Positions 1 through 10,907 are shown, numbered from the stretch's first letter. The stretch: DNA of 64,000 nucleotides from Carpediemonas membranifera BICM (GCA_019828565.1 JAHDYR010000062.1:1374421-1438420); one strand, 5' to 3'. Numbers and translations: made by a program. Notes: generated by a model from the letters alone, not told the origin.

Positions 1-1200
1 GATCGGAAGAAGCAGGGCAAGCTCGGCAAGCTCGAGTTCTTCCTCGCCATGCGCCTCATCGCCCTCGCCCAGCAGAACAAGGCGATGTCTCTCGAGGCAG
101 TGATGGCAGTGTCCTTCGCCGGCATCCCGCGCTTTGTCGGCGTCCCCTGCCCCAGCGACTCCCAGCCGACCGACCTCACCCCCCAGGCCCAGCCCCAGCC
201 CCAGGCACAGATCACACCTCAGCACCACCCCCAGTCCGCCGTACCGCAGCTGAGCGCAGCGCCAGCCCACAGCTCACCGATGGCGTCGGGCGGCGTCCCC
301 TCCAAGGCTCCCCTGACCCGGGCGCAGACTGCAAACTCCCTCGATCACGCTGAGAAGCTCATGGGCAGCGTCCAGGTGATGCGGCGTGCGGCTATGGAGC
401 ACACTGGCATGCTCGCCGTGAAGGACCGGCTGCCCGACCTCAAGCCGATGCTCGACGCCCTCGACGACGCTAAGCAGGCCACCGCACGCTCTCTGCAGCA
501 CCTTTCCAACGATTTCGAGGAGGTGCGCAAGGAATTCGAAGATGCGCGCGCGCAGGTAGACGCCAAGCAGCGCGAGTTGGTCGACATGCGGGCCCAGAAG
601 GCAGCTCTCACCGCCAAGATCCAGCTCGTTCGTGACGACATCGAGCGCATGACCCAAGATGACCGAAAGCTCGACGAGGCCGTCCGTGATCAGCAGCGCG
701 AGGTTGCCGTACTTCAGCAGGAGTTCGACGAGCAGGTCAGTCTCCTCGCTGCACGCCAGGTCACACGCGCCAGACTACTCAGACAAGCTGTCGACGCGGC
801 CAAGCGCCGTGCGGAAGCCATTGCTGATGCTGAGCTGCCCGCCCCTGTGCCCGACGTCGTTGTCGCCACGCAACAGCCCGATATGTGGGATCCCACGCCC
901 GCAAACTCATCCCCCGTCGCCTCTGTGCACGCTGTGGAGCACGAGGAGGCCCAACCACCCGCACCCGACCAGACCCAGCCTGAGGCAGACACTCAACCCG
1001 AACCCGTCGTCGTGAAAGAAGAGCAGACAATCGAGGAGCCCGTAGTCGACCCCGAGGCGCCCGAGGAAACTGAGGAGAAGGTGGCCACCCAGGGCGCAGT
1101 GGAGGACCTGTTTGATGCGATGGAGATGGAGCAGTTCCCGGAACAACCCCCAGCCCCCAGCGGGGCCGCGGACGAGTTTGACTGGGATAGTTTCAATTGA
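1..1200 (+). CDS. EH-domain/coiled-coil endocytic adaptor (Eps15-like), 5'-truncated by the window edge
   Basis: Frame is open from base 1. DRKKQGKLGKLEFFLAMRLIALAQ matches the second EF-hand/helix of an EH domain, followed by a coiled coil and an acidic Pro-rich tail. Confidence 0.7.
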   Translation, partial: DRKKQGKLGKLEFFLAMRLIALAQQNKAMSLEAVMAVSFAGIPRFVGVPCPSDSQPTDLTPQAQPQPQAQITPQHHPQSAVPQLSAAPAHSSPMASGGVPSKAPLTRAQTANSLDHAEKLMGSVQVMRRAAMEHTGMLAVKDRLPDLKPMLDALDDAKQATARSLQHLSNDFEEVRKEFEDARAQVDAKQRELVDMRAQKAALTAKIQLVRDDIERMTQDDRKLDEAVRDQQREVAVLQQEFDEQVSLLAARQVTRARLLRQAVDAAKRRAEAIADAELPAPVPDVVVATQQPDMWDPTPANSSPVASVHAVEHEEAQPPAPDQTQPEADTQPEPVVVKEEQTIEEPVVDPEAPEETEEKVATQGAVEDLFDAMEMEQFPEQPPAPSGAADEFDWDSFN

Positions 1201-1271
1201 GGTAAAGTGTTTCTGTATACATGGTGGTCTGATCTGTTTATGTGACAGTAAATGAGCCATGTAGCAGCTGT

Positions 1272-3701
1272 TCAATCTCTAGTCTGCTCATGGATGTAGA
1301 TGGGGACCCTGCTCGTGTCCATGACTTGGTGTCTGTTCGCGAGGGCGTCTATCCGTCGTGCTAGCGACTCGAGAGTCAGAGTTTTGGCATGCCCGTTGCC
1401 GAGGTCGATCTGGAGCTGCGAGGTGAGAGGTTCGGTCGGCGAAAGGTCCTGGGCACCGGATTCGACACGGAGACTGGCTGTGAGGGGATCAACGTCGTCG
1501 CCAACGATGCCTGATATGTCAATCTGGATGCGATAACGCGCCCCTCCGACAAGTCGACCGGCCCTGATCTGGGACTCAAGGCCGGTCACTCCAGTCACAC
1601 GACGCTCAGTAGAGATGCCGAAGGACGATGTCCCCAAGTTTCCCGAAGAGAACATCGACACTGAACGATCGCCCAAAGTTGACGACTGCCTCGGCCTGTG
1701 TGAACATACCGCCACGGGTGATGGAGTCCGGCCGACCCTGAAGCTGAAGCTGCTGCCGCTGATGTAGCCGTCATTAATGGCTGGAGAGTGCGGGTTGGGA
1801 GTCTGAGGAATTCCGGAAATGTATGAATCAGCAACCGACTGTGGTTCTTTGTGGCGACGGAATCGTCCCCTAAGCCTCGCCCCGGTCCTGAAAAATCCAG
1901 TTGCGGAACCCTTCACCGATCGCCCAAGCAGGGTCGACCCGCCATGGGCTGAGAACTTCGCACCACTGCTGAACCCGCTGATTGAGGACGAGATAGAAGA
2001 TGACACGATCGACGAGCTGGTCGAGGCTGCCGTCTTGAACAGCTTGGGGACGATGAACCTGGCCGCGCAGAGACAGACGAGGACTAGTACGACTGCAACG
2101 GCTAGGAAGCCGGCCCCTCCGATGATGCACGAGAACACTGACGAGCAGACCGAGCCGGTCAGGTCTGTGAGGTAGGGCAAGTTAAGGGCCCAATCGGGTA
2201 GGACACTACCACCGCCGCTGAACGTCGTCTTCTCCAGGTCTGTTGCTTCCAGGACAACGGAGGCGCTGTCGAGCTCCTCTGCGGTTGAGGCCGCCTGTAA
2301 GAGCACGGAGCAAGTGATTGAGACGGATTGGTCAATGTCGATGAGCGCCACCTCAAATTGGAAGGACTTGGACTCTCCTGCAGCAATGGTTGCAGTCTGG
2401 GAATCGGGCATGGCGAGGCCGTCAAGGTCACATTCCGACACTGACAACACATAGGTCGAGTCCAACGAGCCTTCATTCGTGACAGAGCAGGCGATTGTGC
2501 CCACCCCCGTGCCCTCGGTGAACGACGAGCCCTCCGCCTCAGTGATGCTGGCGTAGCTGACGGTCGTGCTCTCGAACAGACCGTGGCCTTCAATGTCGAC
2601 TGTGATCTTCACAGACATGTCCGCGGCAACGGACAGACCGCTTGGAATGATGCTGCAGTCTTCGTTGATGCAGCGCATAAACTCGGGCAGATCGCCCTGC
2701 TGGATGGCGGTGGTGTCTTTGTTAATCAAATCCGCGATTTGATTGTTCAATCCAGTGCCAACCTTGCTCGAGCAGAAGCCGGCCTGTTCCCTGTACGCCT
2801 CGAGGAAATCGGGCACGCTACCAATACAGTTGACCTCGCCTGCCTTGCACATGTAGTCGGATGGTACGATGAGAATATCGCTCGAGTAGTACGCCCCTTC
2901 ATGCGGGACCAGCAGATAGCGGCCAGTGTAGTCGATGGCGTCATCGCCCCCGACTGACTGCAGAGTCATGGTGACGTTGGACTCTGACGCAGTTTTTGAG
3001 GCGATGGACACGCTTGCGGTGACGGACTCGTCTCCGATGAGAAGCAGACAGTCGACCCCGGCGACCTGGTTGCGGCTGTAGATGAGGGAGCCATCATAGT
3101 ACTTGCCAGACAGCACGGGGCAGTGGGCCACGCTTGTCACCACATTCGTATTCACCGTCAGCCCGAAGCCAGTGTACCTGCAGTCGTTGGATGCAACGCT
3201 CGACAACAAGCAGGATATGTCGCAGCACCGGCCTCTACCCGCAGCAACGACCACCTGAGTCTCTGACCCGTCCTCCATGATACTCGCCCTGACCTCAGGG
3301 CAGGAGTAGTCGCTCAAAGAGTCGCTGCATTGAGTACTGAAGAGAGAGTAAGTGTACATCGTCTCGGAAATCTGGGCATCATACAGCTTGCCAGTATCCT
3401 TGAGAGTGTACAAATGCGAGGAGCTGGACAGGCTGCACTTGACGGAGATGTATTCGGAAGTATCGTAAGAATTGCCGTCAGTGTCGGAGGCACCGGTCAC
3501 TGTGATGGTGTTTGTGTCCGATGAATCGACGTTGAAGTACAAACGGACCTTATCAATACATTCTTCGGAGCCATCGCGGCCGTCCCTCGTCGAATAAGAC
3601 GTGCACTGGTTCAGAACAGTAGCACTGAGAAGCGTGCTGCAGACGCATGTTCCGATGAGTAATACGATCAATATGAAGTGTTTTGGCTGCAATAGCGGCA
3701 T
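1272..3701 (-). CDS. HAP2: HAP2/GCS1 class II gamete fusogen
   Basis: Signal peptide, then a Cys-rich ectodomain with HAP2-like blocks (LNQC...ECIDKVRL, GRCCDISC, SVAHCPVLSGKYY, NCIGSVPDF, CSSKVGTGLNNQIADL). An Ig-like domain III, a single TM with juxtamembrane Cys and a basic cytoplasmic tail follow. Confidence 0.8.
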   Translation of the reverse strand: MPLLQPKHFILIVLLIGTCVCSTLLSATVLNQCTSYSTRDGRDGSEECIDKVRLYFNVDSSDTNTITVTGASDTDGNSYDTSEYISVKCSLSSSSHLYTLKDTGKLYDAQISETMYTYSLFSTQCSDSLSDYSCPEVRASIMEDGSETQVVVAAGRGRCCDISCLLSSVASNDCRYTGFGLTVNTNVVTSVAHCPVLSGKYYDGSLIYSRNQVAGVDCLLLIGDESVTASVSIASKTASESNVTMTLQSVGGDDAIDYTGRYLLVPHEGAYYSSDILIVPSDYMCKAGEVNCIGSVPDFLEAYREQAGFCSSKVGTGLNNQIADLINKDTTAIQQGDLPEFMRCINEDCSIIPSGLSVAADMSVKITVDIEGHGLFESTTVSYASITEAEGSSFTEGTGVGTIACSVTNEGSLDSTYVLSVSECDLDGLAMPDSQTATIAAGESKSFQFEVALIDIDQSVSITCSVLLQAASTAEELDSASVVLEATDLEKTTFSGGGSVLPDWALNLPYLTDLTGSVCSSVFSCIIGGAGFLAVAVVLVLVCLCAARFIVPKLFKTAASTSSSIVSSSISSSISGFSSGAKFSAHGGSTLLGRSVKGSATGFFRTGARLRGRFRRHKEPQSVADSYISGIPQTPNPHSPAINDGYISGSSFSFRVGRTPSPVAVCSHRPRQSSTLGDRSVSMFSSGNLGTSSFGISTERRVTGVTGLESQIRAGRLVGGARYRIQIDISGIVGDDVDPLTASLRVESGAQDLSPTEPLTSQLQIDLGNGHAKTLTLESLARRIDALANRHQVMDTSRVPIYIHEQTRD

Positions 3702-3902
3702 GCTAACGCGAAAATGTGGAATAGTTCAACCCCATAGCTGGTGGAAGATGACCGGCGAAATTTTCGGCGCTAATCTGCGGGGTCGGTCAGCCTCTCTGAC
3801 TGTACAAGCTGCGAGGACTCACTTCCGTAGCCCACTCCAATGGTGCTCACGGCAGCTCAAAGGAATAGCGTACATCGAGAAACAGTACGGATTTGATCGG
3901 AA

Positions 3903-4520
3903 TTGTCGGCCCGCGGAAAGGACCTAATACCCCACCCAGAAGCACACCAATTGCAGTCTCAGATGCTCAGGGGGGCGGGTTTAGTTTTCGAGTCGTACGG
4001 TCAGCACAGGCAATTGGCGCGCATGGATGAAAGAACGTTCATCGTGCCCCATGGCACCTTTAAGGACTTCAAGAGTATCACCGATAAGCATGGATTAGCA
4101 TCCTATGGCGTGGTTTCAGGCCGCGGTCAGGATGGGCATCCTACAGCCGTCATCTGCCAACTGTCGGAGATCGACAACGCTATGAGCTCCATCACCGATG
4201 CAAACGTTGCCCCCTATGCATTCACATTCGCCGCCCAGGCAGATATCTCCGCAGCGGTGCCGTTGCCGGGCAAGATGTCCCTCGAGGAGGCCGTCGATGC
4301 AATCACTGCCGGTAACGCCATCATCTCGGACGCTCAGCACCACGCCAAGTCTGTTCAGAGGCCGAAGGCTGCCGTGCCCTCTAAGCCTGTGTCGAGACCT
4401 GCGTCGAAGCCCGCTGCCGCCAAGGGCAAGGTAGCGACAAAGACCGCCAAGCCAGCGATTAAGAAGACGGCTAAGAAGAAGAGTGCCCAGTCTTCCATGG
4501 CCATGTTCATCAAGAAGTGA
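3903..4520 (+). CDS. Possible DNA polymerase delta subunit 3 (Cdc27/POLD3)-like protein with C-terminal PIP box
   Basis: Lys/Ala-rich linker and terminal QSSMAMFIKK (Qxx[M]xxF PCNA-binding motif). The true start may be ATG 3840 via a putative 36-nt intron at 3885-3920. Confidence 0.45.
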   Translation: MSARGKDLIPHPEAHQLQSQMLRGAGLVFESYGQHRQLARMDERTFIVPHGTFKDFKSITDKHGLASYGVVSGRGQDGHPTAVICQLSEIDNAMSSITDANVAPYAFTFAAQADISAAVPLPGKMSLEEAVDAITAGNAIISDAQHHAKSVQRPKAAVPSKPVSRPASKPAAAKGKVATKTAKPAIKKTAKKKSAQSSMAMFIKK

Positions 4521-4587
4521 GCGATGGGCCTATATCTCTGAATTTCGTTCCGGCGTCATAAACTGCGTGTGAACAAAATTTCCTGGA

Positions 4588-5211
4588 ATGAGCGTTGTGG
4601 ACGGCCAGAAAGCGTTTCAACGGTTGAAAACAGAAGTTCGGGAGCTAGATACTGAGGTTCGGTCATTGATAACGAAAAGCCGATCCCCAGAGGAGCAAAA
4701 GCGGTTATTCGGCCTCATTTCCCGTAACAAGCAGATTATTGGCGAATTCGAGCAGATCACAGAAGCAGCAAAGCACAATTCTCACCGCGCTCGTCATTAC
4801 GCGAAAGACGAAGTTGAATCAAGCGTCAAGCAGCTCGCGGACCTCAAGGAGTCATACAGGCTCATGCTCAAGGCGTCCGAGCTCAGTGGTGACGCCCCAA
4901 TCGCAGACAGCAAGGAGATGCACGAGGAGCGGCGGAAGGCTATTGAGCTGGAGGGCATTCTGGAGATTGAGCAGCTCGATACCGAGATTTCCACCCTGAC
5001 CAAGGACAGCACCAGCCTGACTGACGTCGAGAAAGCTGCCAGCAGTGCCTTATCAGCCGTAGAGAAAGAGATCGCCGCGCTGTCTGCCGAGATCGCCGAC
5101 TCAGAGGCCCGCTACCAGCGGGTCGTCGAGGAACTCTGTCGCAGAGTCGGTGTGGGTCGAGTCAAGGCTGCCCTGCCCCAGCTCATGCCCCAGAAGGGGG
5201 GTAGGGCGTGA
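4588..5211 (+). CDS. Hypothetical coiled-coil protein
   Basis: 207-aa ATG-initiated ORF with heptad-like charged composition. Confidence 0.6.
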   Translation: MSVVDGQKAFQRLKTEVRELDTEVRSLITKSRSPEEQKRLFGLISRNKQIIGEFEQITEAAKHNSHRARHYAKDEVESSVKQLADLKESYRLMLKASELSGDAPIADSKEMHEERRKAIELEGILEIEQLDTEISTLTKDSTSLTDVEKAASSALSAVEKEIAALSAEIADSEARYQRVVEELCRRVGVGRVKAALPQLMPQKGGRA

Positions 5212-5533
5212 GTGTGTGGTGGGCGTCTTGGTTGACGTAGTTCATGTTGTTGTCCTTGGAAAGCCGCCCGTTTATTGTATAAAACGCGCAGACCAGTGAT
5301 GACTGGGTGACTGAGTGTAACTGTATCTCCATCCGGCTGTGCCATATCGCAGTCCATTCAAGCGCGAGCGGGCAGACACACAACTCTCAGCATGAAAAGA
5401 TAGTCTGATACAGAATGGTGCAGAGGGTTGTTGTGGTGGTCTCCCGTGCTCCTGTGAGCCTGCCCAAGCACGGCCATGGGACGACTCCAACAAAGTCGAC
5501 GACGCCGGAACTAAACGCAAATCGGCCTTCAGG

Positions 5534-7400
5534 ATGCGCCAACGAGTGCTTCATGTGGCGGAAAAGCCTTCTGTAGCCAAGATATGTAGCCCTTTCTCTT
5601 TTCATCCCAATTACACAGGAGATTAGCCGCCTTCTGTCCAATTCCACCGCCAGGTCCCAACGCGGCGAATCAAAGTACAATCCGCTCTATGTTTTCAACC
5701 AGAAGTTCTTTGGAAGAGACGCTGAGTTCGTCTTCACTTCTGTCAGTGGCCACATCCAGGAAATGCAGTTCCCGCAAGGCACGAAGGACTGGAACGGCGT
5801 CGACCCCGCTGTTCTCTTCACATGCCCCGTTACCAAGCATATCACCAAGGACGCGGCGAAGATTGCCCGTCAGATTGAGAAAGAGGCTCGACGCGCCGAC
5901 CATCTAGTGCTGTGGACCGATTGCGATAGGGAAGGCGAGAACATCGGCGCGGAGATCGCCGATACCGCGGGTAGGGCCAACCCTCGAATCGACGTGCACA
6001 GGGCGCGGTTCAACGCTGTCACCGGCTACGATGTGACACGAGCCCTGGATAATCTGGACAAACTCGACACAGCCCTAGCCGCAGCAGCAGACGTGCGAAG
6101 CGAGCTCGACCTACGTATCGGCGCCGCCTTTACCCGCCACCTGACTCTCTCTGCCCGTCGCCACATGGGCATGAGCGCCCCCAAGCTCCTCTCCTACGGG
6201 CCCTGCCAGATCCCCACTCTCGGCCTCGTCATTGAGGCTGCAGACCGACACGACACGTTCATCCCTCAGTCGTTCTGGTACCTCAAGCTCTTCGCCACTC
6301 TCCCATGGGGCAAGGTGCCGTTCACTTGGACTCGAGGCAGACTCTTTGACCAAAGAGCGGTTGAAATACTACACGCGAGAACAGTGGACCGCCCGGTGCT
6401 GCTTGAACGGGTTGAAGAGGCTGAGTCGAAGGTCGTGAGGCCAAGGCCGATGGATACGATTGGACTGCAGACAAGCATGGCCAGGAGATATCGCGTGCCG
6501 GCGTCTACCACGATGAAAGTGGCAGAATCACTGTACCAGCGCGGCCTTCTGTCATATCCCAGAACCGAAACCACGATATTCGCTCAAACAATAGATTTAG
6601 ACCGTATCTTATCCGATATTTCATCCACCCCCGAGGTGGCCCGCATGGCTGCCCGGCTACGAGAGCTAGGACGCGTTTCCCCCAGGAACGACGGCCGGTC
6701 GGACGGGGCTCACCCGCCCATCCACCCGACTGGGCCTGCTACTCTGCCAGGTGGCAGTGTCGAGCAGAAGCTGTATGACTTGGTAACTCGTCGGTTTATG
6801 GCGTGTCAGGCGCCCGATGGTGTCGACTCGACCATGCGGCTGTCTGCTACAGTCGGCCCTGAACGGTTCCACGCCTCATTCCGTTCAGTGAAGAGCAAGG
6901 GCTGGCGTGAGTTCGAGGGCAGCGGGGGAAACGAACGAGGCCTGCCCGAGGCATCCCAAGTGAGAGGTCTGCGGGAGCTCCCGAGCACTGGTGTGAAGCT
7001 CGAGTCGGGCCAGACCGAGCCCCCTCCCCTGCTGGACGAGGCGGGGCTGATCCGAGCTATGAACGACAGGGGGATCGGGACGGACGCCACTACTGCTGAG
7101 CACGTTAACACAATTATCAGCAGAAACTACGCGACGCGAGAGACTTCCGCGATCAAGCCGACGCCACTGGGTCGGGGGTTAATCAGCGGTCTCCTTGGCT
7201 GTGGCGCGAGTGCCCAAGCCTTGGTGAAACCCACCGGACGGGCTTTGACTGAGATGCGGATGCGACGCGTGGCGGGAGGGCTGGAACGGCCAGGTGATGT
7301 GGTGAGGCAGACGGTGGACGTCCACACGGCGGCATGGCGGGAGGTGCTTGGCGGTACGAGGGCTATTGTAGCCAGGATGCAGGAGCAGATGAACGCGTAG
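5534..7400 (+). CDS. TOP3: DNA topoisomerase III (type IA), two exons (5534-5581, 5619-7400)
   Basis: TOPRIM motifs VAEKPSVAK|EISRLLS, TSVSGH and WTDCDREGENI; SYGPCQIPTLG; catalytic LSYPRTET; AHPPIHPT; GIGTDAT. No C-terminal zinc-finger tail. Confidence 0.93.
5582..5618 (+). other. Putative non-canonical AT-AG spliceosomal intron (37 nt) in TOP3
   Basis: ATATGT...TTACACAG. Its removal restores the frame and the conserved AEKPSVAKEI motif. Confidence 0.6.
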
Positions 7401-7457
7401 CATCAGAAGGCCTCTCTGCCGCGGGATAAAAGCAGCTTACGAAACGACGACAAAGGA

Positions 7458-9608
7458 GTGATGAATCAGGTTGAAGGGCTTCGACAAGCCCTCGACGAGG
7501 CTGATAGGCGATACAAAGCGATGCTGGTGGATAAGAATGGTGAGATCGACATCGTCGTCGCAGAAAGGGACGCCGCTCGCGCTCAGCTGCGCACAATGAT
7601 GCTGGCCGGGCATGACAGCGGCTCTGAGCCGAAAGAACGTGTCCGAGCCCTCAGAATACAGCTTACCAGGGCTGAGAACGATGTTGATGACTTGCATGTC
7701 GCTCTTGAAGTCGCCGAGCGCCGCATCAAGGAGGCCAACGACCAGGCAGCAGCCTCCATGGTCGAGCTTAGGCAACAGCGTGAGGTGGAAGTGGCCGAAC
7801 TGAATGAAGTTGTCGTCGGCCTTCGCGCAGACGTTTCGGCGCGCCAGAGCCGTGTGTGCGAGCTAGAGCAGCAGCTTCTCGAGGAGTCGGAGGCCAGTGT
7901 CAAGGCTAATGCAGTCCATACTCAGGTGGAGGCTCTGCTGAACGTCGAGCTCGAGACCGTGACCGAGGAGGCCGGCATACTTCGAAACCGACTTGCCCAA
8001 GTCGAGAAAGAGCTTGAAGATGAGATCGACAGCAACACCATATCCATTGAGAATTTACGAATCAGACTAGGTGATGCTGAGGGTGTGTTGGCGATCGCCA
8101 AGACCGCCCTCGTGGAGGAGAAGAAGAGATCGGGACATCTTGCCGACCGCCTTGCAGATCAGCCGGGGGAAATGGCGGCCATCGATGCAGAGATCGAGGA
8201 GCTTCATGCCGAAGTGTCAGAGATGCACGAGCAGCTTACGGCCGCCCGCATCGAACGTGAAGTTGCCGAGTCGAGACTAGCCAACGTACAAGGAAGAACG
8301 GACGAGTACAAGGCCGAGATCGCACGGCTGACAGCAGTAGTCACTGAGCAGAAGCTGGAGGCAAGGGAGCAGGCTAACCGGGCCGCGATCGCCCAGGAGG
8401 AGCTGAGGAACGAGCTGCACGAGGCCACTGAGACAGACGCTGTGCTCAGGACCCGTCTGGAGCAGCTCACAGCGTCCGCCTCGAGGGATAGGGAGCACTA
8501 CCAGGCTGACCTCGACCGCCAAGCGGCAGACTTGGCGTCCACGCGGGACAAGCTGGTGAAGACGGAGGACGCCCTCGACCAGGCGCATGCAGACATCGCA
8601 GCGATGAACAACGAGCTCGATGTGCGGACCCGAGCTATTAACGACGCCAACAGTCGGTCCGCCGGGCTCGAAAGGTCGGTGGAGGATGCCCGGCGAAAGC
8701 TCGTCGAGGTCGAGGAGAGATACACGCATGAGGCTGCCGAGTCACGGCGCAGGATCAGCGAGCTGAAGACCGCCCTGGCAGAAGCAGAGGCCACCGCCTC
8801 TGAACCTGAGTCCGATTCTGATCCAACCGGGCTCGAGGTCGACAGGGAGTCTGTCATTGAACAACTTAGGCTATCCCTCGCGGATGCCCATGAGTCCATC
8901 ACCCGCCTCCGCACCGAGGCCGAGTCCCGTGTCCGTCTCTCGGCCGACAGGGAGCGCACGCTGGTCACCCAGCTGGCCGACGAGAGGACCCGGTTGGCTG
9001 CCGAGACCGAGCGGCACGGGTCTGCTCTCGAGGAGCTGCGGGCACAGCTCAGGGATGCCAACATGCGGCGGGCGACGGTTGAGCACGAGAAGACGATGCT
9101 TTCGACTCGGGTGGCGACTCTGGAACGGAGTCTGGCTGACTCGAGGGGAGTCGACCGGAGTCAACGTCCGGATGTCCGGCAAACCCACGTCTCCGGCACC
9201 GGTGTGGACGATCGGCTGAGGATCGCCCAGCAGGAGGCATCTCGGGCCGCCATGCAGTACGAGACCGAGCTCACCACGCTCAAGCCCAAGCTCCAGCGAC
9301 TCGAACTCCGTGTCGACCAGCTCAGAAGGGAGTGTGATCGCCACAAGGTGCAGCATAAGGCAGACCGTGAGCGGATGGCAGAGATGGAGCGGGCCTACTC
9401 GACCGAGGCCAGCCAGCTCAGAGCCCAGTGCCGAGCCGCGGAGCACCACGCCTCAAGGTGTCAGGACGAGACTTCGGTTGAGTCGGAACGGAGTCGGCGT
9501 CGGATCGCGGAGTTGGAGATGCGGGTGAAGACGACGACAACGTCGTTCAAGAGTCAGCTTAGCAGATTGAGGTCGCCGGGATACTCCCCGCGACGGAGCA
9601 TGCAGTGA
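7458..9608 (+). CDS. Long coiled-coil protein (cytoskeletal/centrosomal-like)
   Basis: 716-aa ORF with E/A/L/R-rich heptads; TGTAAAT follows the stop. Confidence 0.75.
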   Translation: MMNQVEGLRQALDEADRRYKAMLVDKNGEIDIVVAERDAARAQLRTMMLAGHDSGSEPKERVRALRIQLTRAENDVDDLHVALEVAERRIKEANDQAAASMVELRQQREVEVAELNEVVVGLRADVSARQSRVCELEQQLLEESEASVKANAVHTQVEALLNVELETVTEEAGILRNRLAQVEKELEDEIDSNTISIENLRIRLGDAEGVLAIAKTALVEEKKRSGHLADRLADQPGEMAAIDAEIEELHAEVSEMHEQLTAARIEREVAESRLANVQGRTDEYKAEIARLTAVVTEQKLEAREQANRAAIAQEELRNELHEATETDAVLRTRLEQLTASASRDREHYQADLDRQAADLASTRDKLVKTEDALDQAHADIAAMNNELDVRTRAINDANSRSAGLERSVEDARRKLVEVEERYTHEAAESRRRISELKTALAEAEATASEPESDSDPTGLEVDRESVIEQLRLSLADAHESITRLRTEAESRVRLSADRERTLVTQLADERTRLAAETERHGSALEELRAQLRDANMRRATVEHEKTMLSTRVATLERSLADSRGVDRSQRPDVRQTHVSGTGVDDRLRIAQQEASRAAMQYETELTTLKPKLQRLELRVDQLRRECDRHKVQHKADRERMAEMERAYSTEASQLRAQCRAAEHHASRCQDETSVESERSRRRIAELEMRVKTTTTSFKSQLSRLRSPGYSPRRSMQ

Positions 9609-10235
9609 TGTAAATTAGACAGTGGGCTGTGTCAGATGACGCGGTTTATGTCAGGTGAGGTAGGGTAGAGAAAGGAGCGGGTCAGGTCTGTATTGTGGCC
9701 GTGGCCGCTGGGAGCATAGGTGTTATTGCCTTGGATGGCAGTGAGAGACACGCTCTGGTCGGCACAACAGACTGGTTGATCCAAGGTTATGGTTGAGCAT
9801 GGGCAAGCCTCTCTCCCCTAATCATAAGATCAGAACTAAATCAACCTGACTCAGCCTGACTCGAAACCTGGGCCAACCCGTTGTCAACTCGGAGGTCAAA
9901 AGCAGGGGCCAAGTCAGTGTTATCTCACGCCCCAACTTGAACAGACCCCCCTGTCGTCATGGCCAGAGGAAAGTGCTTGGTAGAGTCACTCACCCCGACG
10001 ATCGAAACTACCTATGTCACGAGCGAGAGCGTCACGCTCTTGTGCGTGAGTTGCGTTTTATTTTGCCACTTTTGGTCATAAACCCATGTTGGTCAGGATG
10101 AGCTTGGTCAAGCTTGGCCAGGAACATGCGTCTACAGCCACCTTGCTGCATCCGATGGGTGCTTCCATGCAGTCTTCTTGAGTCAAGAGTCAGGAATCAA
10201 TCAATCTGAGCCGAATCTTGTCCACAAGTAACGAA

Positions 10236-10748
10236 ATGCAAACGACGCTGAAGATCTTCGACCCTCTTCGCCGCTATGGCCCTGTTAGTGCAGAAAAGAG
10301 GAAGTCTAAACCGCCAAAACCGCAGTCACAGGAGGCCAAAACCATTCACAGGGCGAATGTCCTCCTCAAAGGCCACTTCTCAGAGAAAGAAGCAGCAAAG
10401 ATCCTCGGAATGGAACGCAAGGACCTCAAGAAGCTTCTAAACCAACCAAGGCACACTGTACACCACCACCATGGTCATCACCGAAACAGCGTATCGAACT
10501 CGGACCAGCCGGTGGACAAGCGAAGCCCCTCCATACGCAGGGCATCCATAGCGACACCGGTTCCATCACCGTGCCACAAGTCTCCGTCGAGTCATAGAGG
10601 GTCGAGGGAGAGGTCGAAGAGCATGCACACGTCGAAGCCTGTATTCTCTAGCGACTCTAGCACCGGGGAGCTGGCCGCAGACATCAGTCATGTTCACCAT
10701 GTATCGCCCAGGCGTAGCTCTGGCCGTGAGCGGCATCGTTCGAAATAG
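10236..10748 (+). CDS. Hypothetical basic, Ser/His-rich protein
   Basis: ORF 10218-10748 with first ATG at 10236; no recognisable domain. Confidence 0.5.
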   Translation: MQTTLKIFDPLRRYGPVSAEKRKSKPPKPQSQEAKTIHRANVLLKGHFSEKEAAKILGMERKDLKKLLNQPRHTVHHHHGHHRNSVSNSDQPVDKRSPSIRRASIATPVPSPCHKSPSSHRGSRERSKSMHTSKPVFSSDSSTGELAADISHVHHVSPRRSSGRERHRSK

Positions 10749-10907
10749 ATCCGGAGCTTTGTACATGCTGCTGAGGACGCGGTTGGCTGAGGACACTCAA
10801 AACTCGCATAAATCACTCTTATTAGACAACAGGCGTCTGTCTGCTGGGATGGTTGGCTCGGCCGGAAAGTTGGAGAACTTGGCGCGGGTTACGGCAACGA
10901 CGGCCTG

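Noticed and set aside
7398-7460. The TOP3 stop (TAG) is in frame with the downstream coiled-coil ORF with no further stop, suggesting readthrough fusion
   Set aside because: The TOP3 core is complete, the context TAG-CAT-CAG is not the CARYYA readthrough motif, and 20 open codons in frame is common by chance at this GC content.
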